From Lama guanicoe (Eukaryota), in contig MU053758.1 in assembly GCA_013239625.1 (NCBI GenBank), positions 248,001 to 312,000 of the forward strand: a stretch of 64,000 nt of DNA, read 5' to 3'. This document shows, in pieces, positions 1 through 12,546 of the stretch. The stretch's first letter is position 1. Each line of letters starts with the position of its first letter. The notes beneath the pieces were generated by a model that did not search any database, was not told the origin of the DNA, and saw only the letters and a program-made list of their open reading frames with translations. A program made the position numbers and the translations under genes.

Positions 1-300
1 ACCCAGAGTTAGCATGGATGCCACAGGTTTAAGGACACAACCCTCTAAACTACTCTCACTTCACACACCAAGTTCAGGAATGTTCAGACCGCCCACATAT
101 CTGACCAACTGGCTACAAATTTAGGGGTCACCACGCTGCCTCAAATTCAATAATTTGCTGGAATGACTCACAGAGCTCAGGAAACTCTATACTTATTATT
201 ACAGTTTTATTATAAAGGATATAAATCAGGATCATCCAAATGAAGAGACACATAGGGGAAGATATGGGAATGAAATAGGGTGAACTATTCTCACTCAGAG
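1..300. mobile_element. LTR fragment, MER21-like (ERVL class)
   Basis: Motifs ACCAACTGGCTACAAAT, GAATGACTCACAGAGCTCAGGAAA and TTACAGTTTTATTATAAAGGAT recalled as MER21. Confidence 0.6.
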
Positions 301-351
301 GCTGAGCTAGCTTGCCCTGCATTCCCCTGCTTCTGGAACACTGTGGTTGCA

Positions 352-714
352 TGTATTAGTCAGCTGGTGCCACCATAACAAAATTCCACAAACTGGGTGG
401 CTTAACCAAAAGAAAATTCTTTTCTCATTGTTCTGGAGGCTGGAAGCCTGAGATCAGCATGGTCAGGTTCTGGTGAGAGCTCTCTTCCTGCCCTGACAAC
501 AGCCACCTTCTCACTGTGTACTCACATGGTGAAAAGAGTGCAGAAATTCCCTGGTGTATCATCTTATAAGGGCACTAATTCATTCTTCAGCGCCTCATCC
601 TCATGAATTCATCTAAACCTAATTACCTCCCAAAGGTCCCATCTCCTAGTACCATTACACTGGGGGTTAGGGCTTCGGCATATGAATTTGGGGAGGATAC
701 AATGTGTCAATAGC
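352..714 (-). mobile_element. MaLR solo LTR (MLT1 family)
   Basis: TGTATTAGTC...CCATAACAAAAT-CCACAAACTGGGTGGCTTAA...TTCTGGAGGCTGGAAG...ATATGAATTTGGGG. Confidence 0.75.
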
Positions 715-2619
715 ATTGCAGTTTTCTGTTATCTTGTTTTTCTGCAAGACCTAGATATCTTACATATATCTTGGTGGTTTGTGATGCCCCCTAAACCATG
801 TTCTAAGTGACTGAGAAAGGACCTGGATGCCTTGGACGCCTATTTGCTTGGGTTTTCTTTCTTCTACTGTATTGTATCCTTTGTCATTATTACAGATTAG
901 ATAAGTATACTTTGCTAAGTCTCATGTGTCCCATCAATCATCTGATCCTTTGTAATTGCTGAGCCACCTGCTTGGCTTCTACGGCTTCTGTGAACTCCTT
1001 CCCGAAGGTCAGATGCGTCTAAGGGGACAGAGTGAGCGCGAGACGAGGCAGTGTGACTGTTGAGACTGTGCTGCCGCGAGGCCCCACAGCCGCCAGAGGG
1101 GGTGGCCAGCAAAGGCTCCAGCAGCTGGAGGCATTGTGAGCCAGACCACCCTTCCACCTCCACCTCTGCGTCCAAACTGAGCCCACAGCCTGGAATCTTC
1201 GGCCGCCCCACAGGCTCCTGTACGTCTTTCTGTCCCTCTCAGGTAGGAAACAGCCCACGGGCACCAGAAGGTATTTACTCCAACTGACCACCTCGCTAGG
1301 GAGGAGACCTGTGGGTGCCAGGACCCCACCACTGACTAGTGCTCTTCCGAGGTCCTGTGATGGCCTGTCTGAAGCCCCCAGAGAGGCCAGATGGAAAACT
1401 GAGCCCCTGAGAGTGAGGGATGCAGCTGGTTCTCAGGGGTTCAGGAGCGTTATGCCCTCTGCTTGTGAATCAACCAGTTCACTTCTTTCTCACAGCACCT
1501 CCGCCACAAAACAGGGAGAGGACGAGAGAGAAGATTTCCAAACCATGATCTTGCAAATTATGGTATTCCCTATGTGTGAGTGCTTCTGGTAAAGAGTTTA
1601 AAAGAAGAAGTCAGAGTGAAGATTTAAAATTCTGATTATGCATGCACCTTCCTTTATGACATGAATAAGAGACCTGGCTGAAATAAATGTCCCTAATGCT
1701 AATGCAAACAATGAGAAAAGATCTCAGGGTTTCTTATGCCTAGTCTAGAGCAATTTACCAACTAACTTCATTTGTTTTTATTAAAAAAGAAGAAGGAAAG
1801 AAGTAAACAGCATTTGTTTTTCTACTTGTTTCATTTCTTCCTTACTCCCCTAATGTCTGCTTTTACTAATATAAGCAGTTCAGAACTTCTACTTAAGACA
1901 ACATTTTGGTCTCTCTTTCTTCCAGAATCTTTAACACTTTCAGTCCCCCAAAATATGCCTGTTTTGTTCTGTCTGCTGTTTCTACTCTTGTTCAAAGTTT
2001 GACCCAATCCTAAGAAATGAAAAGTGAAATACACAATTGGAAAATAAAATTTCTCTCTAGAAAGGCCAACTGACGGCAGCAAATTTTTCATAAAATCTAA
2101 TTTTATTTTCTTGCTTCTTAGATACGGTTTCTTGTGGTCAGCCCGAATTTCCCTATCCAGAATGAAAAGAGCTTGGCAGACAATCTGAGCTGTTCTGAGA
2201 ACAACTTGGGATCCCAGACAGACCATGTCCTAGAAATAAGGAATCTAGGAACAAAGTCAGAACTGAAGTAGACTCAGGGTAACAGAGCCTAAAACCAAAC
2301 GTCAACAAGACAGGGTTACCTATTAGTAATTTAACTGCCTGCCGGAACAAATGTTCTTTGTGGGAAGATAAAATAATCCAGAACCTCTACAATATTTTAT
2401 CACAATGTCCAACACACAATAAAAAAAAAATCACTGGATATGAGAAGAAGGAAAAAAGTAACTAATAACCTGCAGCTACAACAGCCAATAAAAGCAAATT
2501 CTTCAATTTCTTTGTAGCTACTTTAGACAGGCCCTCACTCCATGGTACTCTATACTTCTCTTTTTACACTTTGAGTTACCTCCTTAACAACTTTACACCT
2601 AGTTACACCTAGTTAACAA

Positions 2620-3343
2620 GTTTCTTCATTATTGAGGTATAATTGACAATTAGTTTCAATGTGCAACATAACGATTTCAGTATTTGTATGTACTGCAAAA
2701 TGATCACCACAAGAAGTCTAGTTAACCTCTGTCACCATACAGTAACAAATATTTTTTTTCTTGTGATGAGAACCTTTAGGATTTACTGTCTTAGCAATCT
2801 TCAAATATGCAATACAATATTATTAACTGTAGTCACTATGCTGTACATTACATCCCCACGACATTTATTTTATAACTGGAAGTTTGTACATTTTGACTCC
2901 CTTCACCCATTTTGACTACTCCCCCCTCCAGCTCCGGCAACCACCAGTCTGTTCTCTATATCTATGAATTTGGTTTTTTGGTTCTTGGTTTTGGGGTTTT
3001 TTAAAGATTCTACATATAGGTGAGAACATACAGTATTTGTCTTTCTCTGTCTTATTTCACTTGGTGCAGTGACCTCAAGGTCCCATCCATGTTGTCACAA
3101 ACAGCAAGATTTCGTTCTTTTTTTTTTATACCTCAATAATATTACATTGTATGTGGATACACACAAAAAAGAAACAAAGAATTAAGCTATAAAAAAAAGA
3201 GATAAAGAAAATGTGAGATTTATCTGTCTATCTGTCTGTCGTCTGTCTATATCTGTCTCACGTTTTCTTTATCCATTCGTCCATCAGAGGACACTTAGGT
3301 TCTTGGCTATGGCAATAAAGCTGCAATGAACATAGGGGTGCCT
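2620..3343 (-). mobile_element. L1 3' end fragment (L1MA-like)
   Basis: Typical antisense L1 3'UTR (TGAGGTATAATTGACA...TTGTGATGAGAAC...TTCTTTATCCATTC); GTTAACAA on both flanks is a possible TSD. Confidence 0.75.
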
Positions 3344-3659
3344 GTTAACAATCTTTAATGATGATTTTTTGTATTAAATTCTATTTTTTCAAATAACTGA
3401 TATGCTTTCTGTCTCCTTACTGGACCAGCAGCAAAAAGAGTAACAACAGCAATGAGTTGAAACACATCAATTACGTTAAAATTCATGAATTTATAATACG
3501 TTAAAAAAAATGAAAGTAGGCAGTGATTGTAAGCAACTGCTAAAAGCATTAGGTGAAAAGCTGCCTATTTTTTCACTCTTATGTGTGCATAATAGCAATA
3601 TAATTATAAAAGCAAGGTTTAAGTAAGTTTTAAAGGCTCTTTCAAGAAAATAAAATGTC

Positions 3660-4425
3660 TAAGTGAAAGGAAGCAGCGACAAGATGCTCAGCATCATCAG
3701 CCGTCAGAGAAATGCAAACCCAAACCACAGTGACCCACTTCACACCCACTTGGACGGCGACAACCAAAAAGACATGCAAAAATAGCAAGTACTAATGAGG
3801 AGGTAAAAAAACTCGAACCCTCATACTTCGCTGGTGGGAAAATAGAATAGTGCAGCTGCTTTAGAAAACAGTTGGGCACTTCCTCAAAAAATCAAACATA
3901 GAGTTACCATATGACCCAGCAATTCCACTCATAGGTATACAACCAGGGAAAAAAATATATATAGCCACACAAAAACTTGCACAGGAATGTTTATAGCAGC
4001 ATTATTCATCGTAGCCAAAAAGTGGAAATGACCCAAACATCCATCAGCTTATGAATAAACGAAATATGGTGTATCCATACAGTGCAATATTCTTTGATAA
4101 TAAAAGGAAATGAGATACTAATTACTACACGAATGAACCTTGAAAACGTGAAGTCAAAGAAGCCAGTCATAAAGCCCACATATTGTAGGATTCCACTTAT
4201 ATGAAACATCCAAAATAGTCAAATCTATACAGACAGGAATTAGTGGTTGCCAGGGGCTGGAAGAAGTGATCTCTAATGGTTTCTCTGTTCTAAAATTAAA
4301 TTATGGTAAAATAGGTGCTCGACTCTATGAATATACAAACACCACAGAATTATACGCTTCAAATGGGTGAATTTTATATTAGAAAATTATATGGAGATAT
4401 GGAAAACAAACAAACAAACAAAAAG
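3660..4425 (+). mobile_element. Old L1 (L1MB/MC-like) ORF2 end and 3'UTR fragment
   Basis: GCTGGTGGGAA...ACATAGAGTTACCATATGACCCAGCAATTCCACTC...AGTGGTTGCCAGGGGCT. Confidence 0.8.
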
Positions 4426-6849
4426 AAGTAAGGATGGCACTTATATTTTGAGGTGATATAAGGACTAATGCTGCATCTTACAATTGATGTCATTGTGGCA
4501 TTGATTAAATACGGTAGTTTATTTTCTTAATTATCAAAACAATCCTGGAACTTAAGTATTAATAGCCCTATCTTGTAGACGAGTGAGCATGCCTTTCCCT
4601 GGATTTGAGGTTAGATCTGCATGGCTCCCACGCTCTGCCTGGAGAGAGTTTGAGTGATTGCAAAGCCAAGGTTAGTGCATGGTAGGACGGAATTTGTGGT
4701 CTGAAGGAGTCAAGGCCATGGCTGAGCCTACAGGGTAAGTAGAGCTGCTTTTGGTCTCAGGAGTCCAGGTGGCAGAGAATTAAGCAGGTGCTGATTTCTT
4801 CTAGGCTGGTCAAGAAGATAGTTCCTGGCTACAGGACATGAGAAAAATGGGGCTGGCGGCAGAGACGATTATCCTAAGTTCAGTGGTTTCCTCAGGCCCC
4901 TGCCTCGGTGCCAACTCCTCTGCCGAGTAAACAGTATGAGGTCTGTCCCCAGCACTCAGAGTCAGGGCATCTTAGTTCTTCCCCCAGGTGGGGTGGTGGG
5001 GTCGCACACCAGCTCTGACTCTCCCTGGGAACTATTCACTCTTTTGTCACTGCAGCCAGAAGGCATCTTCCCTCGTCCTGGTGCTGGGGCTTGTCCCCCT
5101 CAGCAGGGCTGGTTCTGTCCCAGGAAAAGTTTGCAGATGCCCTCACAGGGGCACGGGGCCTGGAAGACAACTGTCTGGATAATTTCTGGACCCTCCTTCC
5201 AAATGCTGCCTTGAGACTGGGTTAGAATTTTGGCTTCAAACAATTAGCAAACCAGCCACAAAAGCCATCTGGACAAGGAGGAGAGAAGGAAGATGAGTCT
5301 GCATCTGAATGTATGGTCTCACCTCCAGATGTTGTCCAGAAAACAAAGACCCTCTGAGCAAGACTTTATTCCTGGAGAGTGAAAATTCTACATACACCCA
5401 TCTCAAGTCCCCTCTCTTCCCTGCCTTCTTCTGATTGAGTTTCCAGCCTCAACTAGTTTTCTTATCCGCCTTGTCCCCCACCTCCAACTCCCCCCAGGTT
5501 TTCTGTGTCACCTTGTTTTCCCTTCCTGAGGCTCAGTTTGCCCTCAGTGACATGGGTAGGTTCATCTCTGCCCTGGAAACCATCGCTGCTGGGAATGTGG
5601 CCCCTTCCTCCTTCTTCCCAGCCTCCTGCAGGAGCATCCACTCAAAACTCCCTGCCCTATCTCTAGGATCCTTGCTGAACTGTCAGACTATGCCCCGGGC
5701 TCTCCTCAGCCTGCATTCTCCCTTCAAGGTGGGGCAGAGGTAGGGCTTTCCGCTGCAGTCAGGAAAGGAAAGACACAGAGTCAGCAGATTGGAATAAATA
5801 ACGCAGCACCTGGACTCACATACTTGATGGGTACCAGGTGGACAGGTGGGTGGTAGAATCTCTGCGCCTAGAGAACCAAGATCCACTTGGTGGAGTTAGA
5901 AATACTAAGAAAGCCTGCCCACCCCCACAGATCTGCCCCAATGCGTGCATCACTCTGCCTGTCACCTTTCCTGACCGAGCCCCACAGGCCAGCCTCCCAA
6001 GGTCTAAGATTCTCTCCTACTGACCCAGATTCTTCCCTTCCTGCTGTAGCCAAGAGATTGTGTGACCAGTCTCTGCAGCGGTAATTTCACCCCTTGTCCA
6101 GTCCTCCCCATGTCTTGCCTGCACCGCAGGCTTCACCCCTAGGCTGTTACTTTCTTATACACCTTGTTTCTATCCTAGATCATATCCCACCCGCTGTGTG
6201 AGCTATGCCAGGACCAGCTTAGGAGTTGTCACTGGTATTCCTGATCATTATCATCAACATCCATAATTGCTCAAATCGAGCAAGCACGGAGAGGGGTCCG
6301 CAAAAAAAATCCCCTGGAGGTGTTACCCACCTCCCTTCACAGATCTTCGTCACTCTCAAGTTCCAGTAGCCCAGGCTCTCGGGGGTGGATGTGGAAGGAG
6401 AAAGGTGAAGTGAGAACGGTTAATTATGTGGCTTGGGTCACTTATCAGCCATGCTGGCCCTCTTCCCTCCTCCCCAGCCTGATAATTAGGCAATTAATTT
6501 AAATGGGAGATACCTCCTAGAAAATTGCCACTTTCAGAGTCCAAATTGCCTGTCTTAAGTGTGCTCTCCTGGAAGCTGAACTTTGGTTATCTGGTTCATT
6601 ACCTTTTCCAGCTTTTCCTTTTTTTTGAGTCCTTACCGGGTGTCAATGGCACCTGCTGCCTGCGGATGATACAGGGCGTGAAGGGTCCAGTGAGTGTTCC
6701 AGGTGCTGCCCACTGCTGGGTGCTTTTTGCTGCAGAGACAATGCCATTGACGACTGCATGAGTTCAGGGAATCCAAAACCATGACCCAGTCTAAGAGTCC
6801 TTGAATAGTACGGCACCCATGTCTTATGCAGACAGAGACGGTAGTTCCA

Positions 6850-7340
6850 CCTCAAGAAGATATCCGTGGACCCCCAAAGGTATCCACATCCTAATCCCTG
6901 AAACATGCGAACATGTGTTACCAGGGAAGGGGAATTAAGATTGTTACCAGTTGCAGACGAAATTAAGATTGCTGAATTTGAGAGGAGATTACCCTGGATC
7001 ATCTGGGTGGGCCCAGTGTGATCAAAAGTGTCCTTATTAGTGAAAGAGGGAGGTTGGAGGGTCAGCATCAGAATGATGCGCTTGAGAAAAGGCCAGATCC
7101 GCCACTGCTGGCTTTGCAGATGCAAGGCTAGGAGTCAAGAGTGTGAGTGGCCTCTTGAAATTGGAAAAGACCAGAAAGAGGGTCCTACTTCAGAGCCTCC
7201 AGAAAGGAATGCAGTCTTGCCAACACCTTGGTGGAGACCTGTTTTGGATTTTTGAACTGCAGAACTGTTAAGATCATAAATGTATGTTGACTTAAGCTTC
7301 TAAGTATGTGGCAATTGATTACAGCAGCAACAGCAAAGGA
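6850..7340 (+). mobile_element. MaLR solo LTR (MLT1D-like)
   Basis: CTAATCCCTGAAAC...GAGATTACCCTGGAT...AGAGCCTCCAGAAAGGAATGCAG...CAGAACTGT...TTACAGCAGCAA. Confidence 0.75.
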
Positions 7341-7879
7341 ACCCTAGTCTGCTACAGCCAGTGCCCATCGGTACCCTAAAGAGGAGAGTCGGCGCCCACC
7401 CAGTCTCCTTGCCAGGACCAGCCGGGTCTGGCCCCCTAACTGAACACTCTGAAGTTCCCTTTACTCTTCAGCCATGTAGCTGGCAGTCTGGACACATCAT
7501 CCAGGCTTCCTTGGCCTCACGTGCTGGAATCACTAGGCCTTGTTTTAGGGCCCAGTCCTGAACTGTACATGGAGGACCACACCCTGGGAGACAGTGTATC
7601 CAGGGAGTCCAGGTCCTCACCTGAGCCGTGCAGACCAGATGCTCACCCTTCAAGGGGCTCTTTCCACATGGGTCATGAGCAGGGGGTGTGGGTTCATCCC
7701 CGCAGGGCCTGAGACTTGATGATCCAGTCAACTCCGGCTGAGCACCAGACCATACCACCAGTGCCACAAGTGAATAAACACAACACAAGGTACATTTTGG
7801 GGGTGTTTTCAGGACCAGCACCAAAGCCAATGCGCAACTGTGCTCACTGAGCAGAATTCTCTTGCTCATGCACAATTTG

Positions 7880-8274
7880 ACCATTTGCTCGGGCTGCCAT
7901 AACAAAATACCATACACCGGGTGGCTTAAACAACAGAAATTTAGTTTGTCACAGTAAAAGTCCAAGATCAAGGTGTCAGCAGCATTGGTTTCTTCTGAGG
8001 CCTCCGTCCTTGGCTTGCAGAGGGCCATCTCCTCGCTGTGTCCTCATGTGGCCTTTCCTCTGCATCACACATCCCTGGTGTCTCTCAATGGGTCCAAATT
8101 TCCTCTTCTTATAAGGACACCAGTCAGATTGGGTTAGAACCCACTCTAACAGCCTCATTTTAACATAATCACCTCTTTAAAAGTCCCTATCTCCAAATAC
8201 AATCCAATTATGGGGTACTGGGGGTTAGGGCTTCAACATATGAATTTGAAGGGGACACAATTCAGACCTTAACA
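7880..8274 (-). mobile_element. MaLR solo LTR (MLT1A/B-like)
   Basis: GGGCTGCCATAACAAAATACCATA...TTATAAGGACACCAGTCAGATTGG...GGGGACACAATTCA. Confidence 0.8.
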
Positions 8275-8769
8275 GTCCCCAAGAACTTTAGTTGGGTTAC
8301 CGGTCCCTGATTTATGGTGGACTTAATCTTCCAGCCCTGTTCACTCAGAGACTGAACCATCTTATCTAAGGATAATGTCTCCGTATAATAGTACCGGGAC
8401 CCTGCCGGTGAGATTTCAGCCTTTTCTAGGTCTCAACCTACAAACCTGCCACTGGGGACAAGCTGTGGGAGAGAGTAGATGGCCTCACGGCTATGTGTAA
8501 GGATCTTGAGATGAGATCATCCTGGATGAGGGTGGGCCCTAAATCCAATAATGACTGTCTTTAAAGGAGACAGAAAAAGAGACAGGGTCACAGAGAAGAC
8601 CATGTTGACAGAGGCTGAAGTGATTTGTCTTCAAGCCAAGGAGAGGCCAATGATTGCTATTAACCACCAGAAGCTAGGAGAGAGGCAGTGGATGGTTGTC
8701 CCTCAGAGTCTCCAGAAGGAACGGATTTGCCAACACCTTGATCTGACTTCTGGCCTACAGAACTGTTGT

Positions 8770-8896
8770 GTTTTTTTGGGGGGGTGGGTGTAATTAGATT
8801 AATTAATTAATTCATTTTTGATGACAGTATTGGGGATTGAACCCAGGACTCATGCATGCTAAGCATGCGCTCTACCACTGACCTATACTCGCCCTC
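8770..8896 (-). mobile_element. tRNA(Ala)-derived SINE, camelid Vic-1-like
   Basis: Minus strand reads TATAGGTCAGTGGTAGAGCGCATGCTTAGCATGCATGAGTCCTGGGTTCAATCCCCA (A/B boxes), then an AT-rich, C-run and A tail. Confidence 0.8.
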
Positions 8897-9040
8897 AACC
8901 CCATGTCCTTCTCAACCCCAAAGGAGCAGCTCATGTGGAGGCCTAGGTCTTGGTCTCATCTTCAGTAACAATTCAAGACAAGATAGCTAATATTCCCAGT
9001 GGAAAAAGAACTCATGGCAGAAATTATTAGCTATCCAAGA

Positions 9041-9095
9041 CAGGACTCATGCATGCTAAGCATGCGCTCTACCACTGAGTTATGCCCTCCCTACC
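9041..9095 (-). mobile_element. 5' half of the same SINE (duplicated head)
   Basis: 38 nt identical to 8844-8881. Confidence 0.8.
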
Positions 9096-10040
9096 TAGAA
9101 CTGTTGTTTTAAGCCATCAGTTTTGGCGTAATTTGTTACAGCAGCCCAAGGAAACAAATATGGCCTCTTTTATAGCAAGACGAATAGGCCAACTTGGGCC
9201 AACTTTTGCCAAGAGTTTTGAATTAGGAACATAGGTTTTTATTTTGTAAAAAAAAAAATAATAAATAAATAAATAGCAATTTTTCCTTGACTGTCAGAGA
9301 AATTCATTGTTTCAAGACACTTTACTTGGCAAGCAGGCCTGAGTCTTGTTGAGGCTTATGGGTTGTGGTCACTCCCACTGGCAGGCATCCAAGGCCACTA
9401 AGAATGAGATCTTTAACTTGCCAAACAAGACATCATTATAGAGTGAAAATTTTGGACACCAAAGGAATTTTCTAACACTTCGTGCACATTCGCAATTCAA
9501 ACAGGTGACAGATTTCAATACCAGTTACACATTTATACGACAGCTCATACAATGAATGGACTGGATCTTTCATTTGCAAAGTTGCTTTATCCGGTTTTTT
9601 TCCCCTTTCTTCACTGCAAGTTTTTTGCCCAAACTCTATTAGGTGCTTTTTTACAGAAACACAGATGGAGGAGTTTTAACACAGGAACTGCAGGAGTTGC
9701 CCAGCAGCTGGAAGTGAGGGAGCAACTTACACCAATAAGCATAGATTTGCACTTACTTTGGGTTTTAAGTGGCCATTAATTCAGACTAAAACTCACTTTT
9801 AATAGCTGAAGGCACCAGTCCTATCTCTAGCTGCTTGACCTCCAAACGTTTATCAAGTGGCATTAGTTCTCAGATGCCAGGAAGTCTTGTCCCCTATCCT
9901 GACCCCTTGATAGGACAAATACATAGGACGCCTCCCTCTTTTGCCCACCACTTTGGGGTGAGGTCTCTGCTACCAGATTCTGGGGCACATATATTGTTCC
10001 CTAACCTGGCTCATGAAGCCTCTATTTTTTTAAATTGCCT

Positions 10041-10156
10041 TTGTTTGTTTGGGGGGGGTAATTAGATTTATTTATTCTTTTAATGGAAGGACTGAGGACT
10101 GAACCCAGGACCTCATGTAAGCATGCCCTCTACCTCTGAGCTATACCCTCCCCCTG
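10041..10156 (-). mobile_element. tRNA-derived SINE, Vic-1-like
   Basis: Minus strand reads GGGGGAGGGTATAGCTCAGAGGTAGAG...GAGGTCCTGGGTTCAGTCC with the same tail structure. Confidence 0.8.
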
Positions 10157-11498
10157 CTCCAGTTGTCTTTTGGGCACTTTTTGGACCTCCACACTGGGCA
10201 CCAAATTTGTCAAGCTCATGCACACATAGACAAAACAAGGCCAAGACCGAGGTCTGACTGATTGGATCAGGAAAGATACAAAGAGATTTACAGTTTATTA
10301 CTTACATGGATGGTGAAAGAATAAAGTGTTCCAGTAAACCTTTCAGCTTGTCTCACGTGCACCAATAAGACTTCTCTGGCAGCGATGCTGGTTGGCCATG
10401 CTGTGAAAGGTACAGTTTCTAGAATCAAATGTCTGTGGGACTTTAGTAATACTGGCCACCACTAGGAAAGTAGCCACAGGGTTCCATCCCCGTGTTTAAA
10501 CACCTGAATTATTCCTGAAACATGTCAGGGAACAAATAGATATTAATCTACCATGTAAAGCTTCCATCAAGACTTAAAAATCAGGTCCCAACATTTACCC
10601 AATTATTTGGAAAGGCACAGTAAAAGCAACGCTAAATTTAGCCAAATGACCACATCCTAGTCAAAGTCACTTTTAAGCTTTTTCAAACAAGATTGGGCTC
10701 AGTAGGGAAAAAAAAAAGAGGCAGAGGGAAAGGGTCAGAAGGAGGAAAGACAGAAGCTGGTGTAACCATACTTAGCAAACATTCCCCTCCGTCCCCTGTG
10801 GAAGCCAAAGTTTCACTGATCTGCTCCATATCCAGGGATGCCAAAAAAAAAACAAGCGGGAGGAAGAGATAGTTCTTAGTGTGTCCTTCTACACTGCTTC
10901 TATTCACTCGAGATAACCTGGAACGTTCCTTTAAGCGTGGCGTAGCCCAGTACCATCATGTCATCTTTTAAGGGTGGGTGATAGAGTGGGAGAGGCTGGA
11001 CCAAGAATCAGGAGACACGTTAAGAGTCCAGGTTGTATCACGTGAGGGTGTCCCTCCACCAATCTGGGCTTCAAAAAGGAAAAAAAGTAGGAAAGGGCAA
11101 GGTCACAGCAGGTGGTGACTGAACTGCCTTCCGGGAAACCCCCCATAAGAGCCATTCACATAATTTTTCTTAGGGCAGGTGTCAGGAAGAGCAACACTCT
11201 CCTCACTTCCAGTGCAACTGCAACTCCTCCACCGTCATTCTGCAACGCCTTCTTTAACAATGCAAGCCTTATTCCTATATGCAAAGGAAGTTAGGAGCAA
11301 AGCACCACTTAGAAGCCACTCCTCAGCTGCTACCCCGTAAACCTAAGAAAAATGCCTACTTTGCACATTTGAGTGGCTCTGGTCCCTGGAAACCATGGTT
11401 CAACCCCCAAAGTTCTGAGCATCTCAGCTACTAGACCCTCAAAACCCTCCCCAAGACACAGACACAGACACACTCACAGCTTTCAGTACAAGTTTCCT

Positions 11499-11504
11499 TT
11501 TATT
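11499..11504 (-). terminator. Distal poly(A) signal AATAAA of IGF2BP1
   Basis: AATAAA on the minus strand, followed ~20 nt later by the GU-rich element GTGAGTGTGTCTGTGTCTGTGTC. Confidence 0.8.
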
Positions 11505-12539
11505 TTGAAATTGAAACAGCAGAATGAAGTGATTTGTGGCTGAAACAACCTTTATGGGAAAAGAAAACTGGAGTGCTCATCCAGCAAAAGAACAAACTCC
11601 AAAAGCCTGAGCCAGCTGCCCCATCTCCCCAAAGTACAGAGCAGATTGCAGGGTGGGAGTAAGGGTACAATCAAAATCCGGGTGGCGACGGCTGGCAGAT
11701 TCCCAGCAAAGTACAATTTCCAAAGTGGTCGCGGTTACAGAATAGGGTCACGCAATCACAAGCACAATCCACCCCCCTCCCCAGCCCCCACCACGTTTCG
11801 CATTCTAAAAATACATTCTTCACTCTCCCGAGTGACATCTCAGGACTGGACACCAATTCACTTTGCCTCAGGGGATGGGGCTCTTTAATTCTGGTTTCTG
11901 GGACCAGGATCAAGATGCTGGAGAAAGGGGAGAACACAAATGGTGGTAGAGGATGTTTATTCCTTATGCTAATTCATTATCTGCTGAAATTCATTTTGAA
12001 CACCTTTACAGGGCAGGTTATAGAAAATTTACACAGAAGTGTTACAAGTGCCCCTCCCACCCCCACAGGTTGAAATGGTGAGTCCAGATTTAAGTACCCC
12101 AGCACACAGAAAGCCTTTGTTCTTGGTGGGGATGCCTGAAGTCACCTGGCAGGGAAGGTAACAGGGGGAACACAGGTAAGAGGAACTCTGGCAGGAATGG
12201 GGTGCGGGGGCGGGCAAGCCGGGGGCAGACTGTGAAAGCTGTACCTGTTAGAATAGCACATTATCTTAAACAAGTGGAGAAAATCGCCAAAGAGTGAAAC
12301 TTATTCATGGGGGAAAAAAAGAGAAAAGTTTGGGGAATTAAAACAATCCAGCAGTCACTGGAAAGTGTCTCCCTCTTTTTTTTTAATTTTTTTTTTGGTT
12401 TTTTTTTTTTAAATTTTTTGGAAAGTGTTTTTTTTTTTAAGGTAATATTTTTTTTCCTTTGGAAAAAGAAATCTTTTTCCCCCCCTAATCTAAGCAAGTG
12501 GAGTTGCCACTACCTAATTTATCTCTATTGTCTTGCTAA

Positions 12540-12546
12540 GAGGTAG
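12540..12546 (-). promoter_or_regulatory. let-7 7mer-m8 target site (CTACCTC)
   Basis: + strand GAGGTAG. Confidence 0.7.

Larger units (their letters stand above)
8490..9160 (+). mobile_element. MaLR LTR (MLT1C-like) interrupted at 8770-9096 by a SINE insertion
   Basis: GAGATGAGATCATCCTGGAT...CAAGCCAAGGA...CAGAACTGT, resuming as TGTTGTTTTAAGCCA...TTTGTTACAGCAGCC. Confidence 0.75.

Noticed and set aside
8826..8896. tRNA-Ala-like sequence as a tRNA gene
   Set aside because: It has a SINE tail and TSD, a degenerate acceptor stem and further copies nearby, so it is a tRNA-derived SINE.
8844..9078. 38-nt direct repeat with spacer as a CRISPR-like array
   Set aside because: Only two units, both SINE-derived, in a mammalian genome with no cas genes.
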